IMG/VR virus record: IMGVR_UViG_3300042486_001111
Length of the DNA stretch: 41,891 nucleotides
Strand: one strand, 5' to 3'
Source of the DNA: a virus
Taxonomy: Duplodnaviria > Heunggongvirae > Uroviricota > Caudoviricetes
This document shows positions 36,472-41,891 of this stretch, piece by piece. The position numbers were made by a program, and so were the translations under genes. The stretch's first letter is position 1. Each line of letters begins with the position of its first letter. Below the pieces are notes generated by a model, which made no database searches, had not been told where the DNA came from, and was given only the letters and a program-made list of their open reading frames with translations.

Positions 36472-37113
36472 TTAAATTGGATTATATTCACCCATTTTAA
36501 AGGGTTCTAATATTGGGTTTATTGCGTGTAACGAATAACTACCATCTGGACGATATTCAGCGTACACAAACTCTGCACCCAACACTTTATTATTGGCATC
36601 GGCAGTATAAAAATAATCAGAAATAAATGGGTTATATTTTATTTCTTCTGCCATATTTTTTAAATTAATTGGATCGTCAGGTAAATCTTGTACTACCCCA
36701 CCAACTCCAACTACTTGAGATCTTTTCGCAATTTCACCTACATCTTGTGTCGTTCTCATTATATTATGATAACCTAGACTAATATCAAAATTAATATCAC
36801 CACCTATAAGTATGTCATTGGTATATCCGATAATTCCAGGTGTAGAATGTTTTCTACCCCTTTTAGTTCTACCATATACACCAAACGCACCATTTTTATT
36901 GTGTTTGATATTATGTCTGTTAGTATGAAACCATACTTCTTTACCTAATAATTCAGGTGAATCACCCTCTAAATAACCGTGTTGTGCCTTTGGCGCAATA
37001 ACAGGTTCGCCCATCTCTGGATGATATGGGGGTGTTTCATTAATCATTCTATCCCTCATTTCCATAAGTAGATTAACTTTCTTAATATTATTTATTTTAT
37101 CTCTTGTTCTCAT
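36472..37113 (-). CDS. Hypothetical protein with leader RDKINNIKKVNLLME...MINE
   Basis: 213-aa ORF; ATATTTAT at 37119-37126. Confidence 0.7.
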   Translation of the reverse strand: MRTRDKINNIKKVNLLMEMRDRMINETPPYHPEMGEPVIAPKAQHGYLEGDSPELLGKEVWFHTNRHNIKHNKNGAFGVYGRTKRGRKHSTPGIIGYTNDILIGGDINFDISLGYHNIMRTTQDVGEIAKRSQVVGVGGVVQDLPDDPINLKNMAEEIKYNPFISDYFYTADANNKVLGAEFVYAEYRPDGSYSLHAINPILEPFKMGEYNPI

Positions 37114-37136
37114 ATATTATAAATATAACTTTAATG

Positions 37137-38078
37137 TTAATAATTTAATCTATCAGATAGTATTTCATTAAAATAACCCCAATCTATATCTCCAGCCCCA
37201 CCATATCTAAAATGTTTATCCGTATTAATTCGTATTAAGTCATCGGGAAAAAAGTAATTATATTCACCACTGTACCCATCCTGTTCTTTTTCTTTAATTC
37301 CTGCAAAAATATCAATTAAATCAGGGTAATAACTATATAATGCATCTTCTACTACATCTTGATACCACTCACTGTTTGTTAACTCACCTATTTCTAAACT
37401 ACCAACAAATTTTAACCCTAAACTCTTTTCATCTGCAACTAGTTTTCCGTTAAGGTTGGAAAGGTAGTCTAATACCCCATTTTCAAAATCTGAATGTAAG
37501 TATTCGACATCCGCACTGTTTTGTGCCTCAGATGCGGAACAACCTATTTCTGTATCATATTCGGATTGAATGTATTCATAAAAACCTTCTTCACTTTCCT
37601 CACCTTCTAAATCTCTTAAATATTTTTCCTTTAGAGTTTCGATATTTTTTTCGTTAATCTTATCAATCAACCAAGAATCTACATCCATACAATCGTAATC
37701 ATAATTATAGTCATAGTCACCATTAAAATAATCCCTAACCATTCTTTGTATATCATAATCTCTATCATCTGCGAAAAATTCTGATAAAGTGTTACCATCA
37801 AATTCAAATGTTATATAAAACGGTGTTCTATTTTCATATTCAGTTAAATATTTGTAGGCAATATTATATTCTTTTTGATATTGATCGTAATCACCTTCAA
37901 AGTCCTCACCAAATTGTAAGTCCTCAATTGTTTTAAACATTCTTTCAGGATTTTTATCTAATAACTTAAAAACCCTCTCATAAAATTTTTCAGGAAAAAT
38001 ATTGTCTTTAGTATAATCTAAATCTCCCCCATTCTCAGTATTCTCCATTAAAATATTTTTAATTAATTTTTTCATCAT
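37137..38078 (-). CDS. Acidic hypothetical protein with leader MKKLIKNILME
   Basis: 313-aa ORF; start overlaps the upstream stop. Confidence 0.7.
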   Translation of the reverse strand: MMKKLIKNILMENTENGGDLDYTKDNIFPEKFYERVFKLLDKNPERMFKTIEDLQFGEDFEGDYDQYQKEYNIAYKYLTEYENRTPFYITFEFDGNTLSEFFADDRDYDIQRMVRDYFNGDYDYNYDYDCMDVDSWLIDKINEKNIETLKEKYLRDLEGEESEEGFYEYIQSEYDTEIGCSASEAQNSADVEYLHSDFENGVLDYLSNLNGKLVADEKSLGLKFVGSLEIGELTNSEWYQDVVEDALYSYYPDLIDIFAGIKEKEQDGYSGEYNYFFPDDLIRINTDKHFRYGGAGDIDWGYFNEILSDRLNY

Positions 38079-39124
38079 AACCCAAATCTAGATTTAGTTG
38101 CATTATAATTTTGACTTATTTCTGTAGTACTTAAACCTTTAGTGTAGAAATAACAGGATCCAATTTTACCGTTAAGAAAAAGTGAACCCACACCACTACC
38201 AATAAAACCTAAATAAAATGGATTGCTTTCGTTATATGAGTCGCTACCATGTGAATTAGTAATATACTCTGTTTCATTGATGTACACCTTAGTTGTATTC
38301 GATGATGAGGTTATTTGTGACATAAATGTTAACAAGTACCAAGTATTAGTCGTAACTGTTAGGGTAGAATTACTTATTTTCTGTTGACTAGTACCATTTG
38401 TAACACATCTTACTATCCCACTGTTTGAGAATAACCCACCCCAATATCCGTCAAACCCAAACGATCCAGATAATTTACCAAAAACAGGTATCTGCTGGTT
38501 AAGTCCACCTAAAGAATCGAATTTAACCCAAACCTGTACAGTTTTTTGGGTGGTAGTTGAAAGAGATAGTGAAGAATTGTGAGGAACACTAATAGTATCG
38601 TTAATACCATCAAAATCAAATATACCACCATCCGTAGATAACCAAGTTGCACCATTTATTGTTGCGTCATTCCCATTACCTGTTTCATCGGACCAAGATC
38701 CACTAATATAATTAGATGCATCTAATTCCATAAATAAACTATCAGTAACTATCCCACTAATCGAACCACCCCAAGAAGTCCAATAACCATTATTATTTAA
38801 ATAATTTTTACATCCATCTCCCGTACTAAAACTTTGATTAAACAGTCCATTAGTTAAACTAATGAAAGAATTTTCTGTTTTTGATTCCGATCGCCAAAAA
38901 CCCAAATATGCGGATACATTATCTGGGTTAGGTTGTGTGCCAGATAATGTTGTATGTGCAATAACGTAACCTAAATCTTCATCTGGACCGTTCCACCATC
39001 TAACACCACCTGCATTTTGAGAATAGTTTAAAGAAGGGGATACCCCTATGGCAATACTACCTACTTGTTCTGTACCAAAAATGGTTGTACCAGAATTATA
39101 GGCGAATGGTCTTGTTGTGGGCAT
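38075..39124 (-). CDS. LamG/concanavalin-A-like lectin domain protein, probably virion surface
   Basis: ELDASNY...W.D..GNGN.ATING, G.F.FDG.ND, TVQVWVK, TWYLLT, KVYIN, F.GKIG...FY...LS..EI.QNYNA.K.RFGL. Confidence 0.85.
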   Translation of the reverse strand: MPTTRPFAYNSGTTIFGTEQVGSIAIGVSPSLNYSQNAGGVRWWNGPDEDLGYVIAHTTLSGTQPNPDNVSAYLGFWRSESKTENSFISLTNGLFNQSFSTGDGCKNYLNNNGYWTSWGGSISGIVTDSLFMELDASNYISGSWSDETGNGNDATINGATWLSTDGGIFDFDGINDTISVPHNSSLSLSTTTQKTVQVWVKFDSLGGLNQQIPVFGKLSGSFGFDGYWGGLFSNSGIVRCVTNGTSQQKISNSTLTVTTNTWYLLTFMSQITSSSNTTKVYINETEYITNSHGSDSYNESNPFYLGFIGSGVGSLFLNGKIGSCYFYTKGLSTTEISQNYNATKSRFGL

Positions 39125-39125
39125 A

Positions 39126-39662
39126 TTATAAATTTTGTTCTATTGTAGTCATTATGTAATTATAAACACCTCTATAATCTTCTTCATCCATCATAGATAA
39201 ATAATCTATTATTTCTTCATTGTGAGCATCGTGTGAACTGTGTGCATGATACTTTACAAATTTTTTAAAAGAGTCATAATTTCTCATATTATATTTCTTA
39301 CCATTATAACCTTCAACACGATAAGGATCCTCTTGATACTCAATAAAATCTTCATAAAGAACTGGACCTAAATTATATACATAATTTTCTTTTTTTAGGT
39401 ATAAAGATATTTCACGCCATAATATCTCACACTCTTCTTTATTTAACCCATAATGATACATTAAATATTCTATTATATAATCATTAACATACCCACCATT
39501 TTTTAACACTACATTTATTCCAGATCCTTTATGGATAGTTAATTTACCTTGTCTATCATCGTAGATGTTAATTACTATTCTACCATCCTCAAACAATATA
39601 TCTTTTTTTAAAATATTGAATATTTTATTTAATAATACTCTATTTACACTTTCACCATTCAT
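39126..39662 (-). CDS. Hypothetical protein (178 aa)
   Basis: ATATTTAT at 39689-39696; N-terminus ends ...ILFE. Confidence 0.7.
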   Translation of the reverse strand: MNGESVNRVLLNKIFNILKKDILFEDGRIVINIYDDRQGKLTIHKGSGINVVLKNGGYVNDYIIEYLMYHYGLNKEECEILWREISLYLKKENYVYNLGPVLYEDFIEYQEDPYRVEGYNGKKYNMRNYDSFKKFVKYHAHSSHDAHNEEIIDYLSMMDEEDYRGVYNYIMTTIEQNL

Positions 39663-39694
39663 AATCAGTTCATTTAAGATATTTTTATATAAAT

Positions 39695-39726
39695 ATTGGT
39701 TTTTAATTTTAAATTTCGTATATTTG
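39695..39726 (+). promoter_or_regulatory. Bacteroidota-type promoter, imperfect -33 box
   Basis: ATTG (39695-39698), 20-nt spacer, TATATTTG (39719-39726). Confidence 0.55.
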
Positions 39727-39733
39727 CCCTATT

Positions 39734-40000
39734 ATGAGAAAAAAAGTAGATAGTAATTTACCGAAAGACTCTTCACCTAAAAAAAGAGAGGAGGTAAAAG
39801 AAACTAAGGGTTCTATTATTAAATCCTCTTCAGATACTAATTCCAGATGGGATAAAGTAAAAGGTGTTAATGGTAAAATTGTTAGATTCAAAATAGATGA
39901 TAAAGAAAGGAAAGAATTTCTTTCACAAAAAAAATACCGTCAACTCTATGTGGGAATTGACGGTAATGATTTATATTTTTATTACGAAATCTTAGATTAA
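39734..40000 (+). CDS. Basic hypothetical protein (88 aa)
   Basis: Follows a host-type promoter; stop overlaps the convergent gene's stop. Confidence 0.65.
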   Translation: MRKKVDSNLPKDSSPKKREEVKETKGSIIKSSSDTNSRWDKVKGVNGKIVRFKIDDKERKEFLSQKKYRQLYVGIDGNDLYFYYEILD

Positions 40001-40437
40001 GGGTTGTTACTATTAAATTGTGAATTTACGTTCTGATTAGGTCGATTTCTATTTCTATCATTAGAAACTGAATCTTCTAAATCTTCTATAATAATATCAT
40101 TAGTATCTATTGATATTCTAAATGCCTCCAACGCATCGCTAATATGTGTCGATAACCTATCAAAAGAGGTGTTAGTCATTTGAGACCGATTAGATCTATC
40201 TAAAATTCTATTTAAATCTCTTATTGCCCCCTCCATATCTTCGTTTAGTTCTTTAAGTTTCCCAACCATTTCGTAGGCATATTTAGTATAACTATATCCA
40301 GTTCCCCTAACTAAACCACCAAGACCTTTAATTGAAGAGATAACGCCCTCCTCAACATTTTTTGGAGTATTATCTACAATCTTTTTAAGTTCATTTTCAG
40401 TTAGTTCAATAACTTTTCCGTTTTTTCTAATTTTCAT
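39997..40437 (-). CDS. Helical hypothetical protein with leader KVIELTENELKKIV
   Basis: 146 aa; ATATTTAT at 40453-40460. Confidence 0.7.
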   Translation of the reverse strand: MKIRKNGKVIELTENELKKIVDNTPKNVEEGVISSIKGLGGLVRGTGYSYTKYAYEMVGKLKELNEDMEGAIRDLNRILDRSNRSQMTNTSFDRLSTHISDALEAFRISIDTNDIIIEDLEDSVSNDRNRNRPNQNVNSQFNSNNP

Positions 40438-40510
40438 AACTATATTTTACATATAAATATGTTGACTAACATAAAAATAGTTTAAAAACAGTAATTGTAA
40501 AAAAAATTTT

Positions 40511-40541
40511 TTTGTAGTTTGAAAAAAATTTCGTATCTTTG
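40511..40541 (+). promoter_or_regulatory. Bacteroidota-type primary sigma promoter
   Basis: TTTG (40511-40514), 19-nt spacer, TATCTTTG (40534-40541). Confidence 0.75.
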
Positions 40542-40560
40542 TATTATAAAACACACAATT

Positions 40561-40959
40561 ATGACTTTCAAATACACACAACCGAAGACTGAAAATGACA
40601 TTAAATGTAATGGTGATTGTATGGTTAGGGCGGTAACCATAGCAACAAATTTTGAATACGGTAAAGTACATAAACTTATGTACGATAATGGATGGAGGGC
40701 GTCTAAAAGAACTGATAAAGATTGGGAGAGTCAAATAACTAAAACTTTAGTTGACTTAGGTTTTAGTTATGAGAGAATTACATTCCCAGGTGTTAAAGGT
40801 GAGAAAAGAATGACTGCCAAAACATTGGCAAAAATTGATCCAGAAGGTAAATATATTATTAGGGTATCTAAACACGTTTCAGTATTGAATGGTGGGGTAC
40901 TTTTAGATACTTGGGATTGTTCTGATAAATGTGTTTACTTTGTATGGAAAATAAAATGA
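40561..40959 (+). CDS. Hypothetical protein with GDCMVRA...H...DTWD motifs (possible Cys-His-Asp enzyme)
   Basis: ATG 40561 follows the promoter; motif spacing is papain-like (inference). Confidence 0.7.
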   Translation: MTFKYTQPKTENDIKCNGDCMVRAVTIATNFEYGKVHKLMYDNGWRASKRTDKDWESQITKTLVDLGFSYERITFPGVKGEKRMTAKTLAKIDPEGKYIIRVSKHVSVLNGGVLLDTWDCSDKCVYFVWKIK

Positions 40960-41159
40960 AGAGACACTGTAAGGAGTGTCCACACATTATCCGTAATCAA
41001 CATAATGATATGATTGTTAGTTTTGTGGAAAGAACTGGTAAGAAACATAATTGTCATATGATAATTAAGGGTAAAAATAAAAAACTCTGGACTGTTGATC
41101 CAGAGTTTGAATGTTGTGGTAGTATTAATTTAATATCTACCTGTAATATAAACAAATAA
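40956..41159 (+). CDS. Small Cys/His-rich protein, possible zinc finger
   Basis: ATGA overlap with upstream stop; CKECPH...HNCHM...CCG. Confidence 0.65.
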   Translation: MKRHCKECPHIIRNQHNDMIVSFVERTGKKHNCHMIIKGKNKKLWTVDPEFECCGSINLISTCNINK

Positions 41160-41369
41160 TACTTCAGGTATTCTTACACACTGTGTACTGTTACCATCTC
41201 TATCTGTACAACCAATAACCTCTAACCCTCTTACAATATTTTTGATATTAGATGGTGCAGTTCTGGTTACATTTTCAATATGTTGTTTACTATATAATTT
41301 TTGAGAATCGTAATATGACTCTTCTATTATACCTCTTAATTGTTTTTCAGTTATAATTACTTTTTTCAT
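41130..41369 (-). CDS. Small protein with leader MKKVIITEKQLRGIIEE
   Basis: ATG 41369 lies 1 nt past the upstream stop. Confidence 0.7.
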   Translation of the reverse strand: MKKVIITEKQLRGIIEESYYDSQKLYSKQHIENVTRTAPSNIKNIVRGLEVIGCTDRDGNSTQCVRIPEVLFVYITGRY

Positions 41370-41370
41370 A

Positions 41371-41891
41371 TTAATATACCTCTTTAAATCCATCACAATT
41401 ACTAAGACACCATTTCCCTAAACTAGCATTAGGATTAGGTTTACCACCTATCATTGGCATTTTGTTTATGTGATGGTATGGGAATTTTTCATTACATAGT
41501 TTACAACTTAAATCTTTTTTATCATTATTAATACCACTTATACAATCTAAGAAACCAGGAAAATCTGGCAGTGGACTACCATATATGTATTTTTTAACAC
41601 ATCCTTTTAGTTTTTCACAATCGATATCATCTATATCCTTACCAGGATTGTAAGTATCTATGTCTTGAAAATCATCTTGAAGGTTGTCACCACAAGGACA
41701 ATCGAGACAGAATTTATCTTTTACTACAGAATCAGTAAATTGTAACTTACTACACATTGCCCCCCAAGTTTCATACCCAACAACACCGTCAACTTTTATA
41801 CCAGCGTATTTTTGGAATTCTTTCACCGCAGTTTCGGTTTGATTTTTAAAAATACCGTCACATTCTTTATAATCTTTGTAACAATAATCAC
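41371..41891 (-). CDS. Partial (5' end beyond right edge) PG_binding_1 domain protein with Cys-rich C-terminus
   Basis: Frame stays open to the edge: DGIFKNQTETAVKEFQKYAGIKVDGVVGYETW. Confidence 0.85.
   Translation of the reverse strand, partial: DYCYKDYKECDGIFKNQTETAVKEFQKYAGIKVDGVVGYETWGAMCSKLQFTDSVVKDKFCLDCPCGDNLQDDFQDIDTYNPGKDIDDIDCEKLKGCVKKYIYGSPLPDFPGFLDCISGINNDKKDLSCKLCNEKFPYHHINKMPMIGGKPNPNASLGKWCLSNCDGFKEVY

Noticed and set aside
1-41891. Stop-codon reassignment (TAG or TGA), as reported for some large Bacteroidota phages
   Set aside because: All recognisable genes are full length in the standard code. TAA, TGA and TAG each end genes (TAG at 17694 and 27882) with tight spacing to neighbours.
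1-41891. tRNA, rRNA or CRISPR arrays
   Set aside because: Intergenic gaps are nearly all about 110 nt or less and are explained by promoters and terminators. I saw no cloverleaf or regular repeat-spacer pattern; tRNAscan-SE and a CRISPR finder would confirm.

Overview
Strongly AT-rich segment of a large T4-like (Caudoviricetes, jumbo/mega-type) phage genome, standard genetic code, densely coding and mostly on the minus strand. In minus-strand order the left end holds the head module: terminase large subunit (gp17), portal (gp20), two unknown genes, prohead protease (gp21), scaffold (gp22-like) and major capsid protein (gp23). Next come acidic putative core proteins, a pol-beta nucleotidyltransferase, a thyA/KTSC/GNAT operon, a beta-class SPPY DNA methyltransferase divergent from a full-length ClpC, and a long accessory region (CAP, OmpA-like, LRR, tail-lysozyme+SH3, HNH, DUF192, zincin, DUF4314, LamG, PG_binding_1). 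Promoters matching TTTG-N19-20-TAnnTTTG, A-rich starts without Shine-Dalgarno sites and the ClpC sequence point to a Bacteroidota host (inference). Most notable: (1) about 19 proteins with unrelated bodies share short basic/hydrophobic N-terminal leaders ending in [ILV]-x-E, the T4 gp21 cleavage motif, suggesting a large capsid-targeted cargo system; (2) an oriented ATATTTAT motif, essentially the reverse complement of the T4 late promoter, precedes many of these genes and the head genes; (3) two repeated units pair a host-promoter-driven secreted CAP-like protein with a convergent, leader-bearing OmpA-like protein. Family calls are by motif recognition only; no database search was run.
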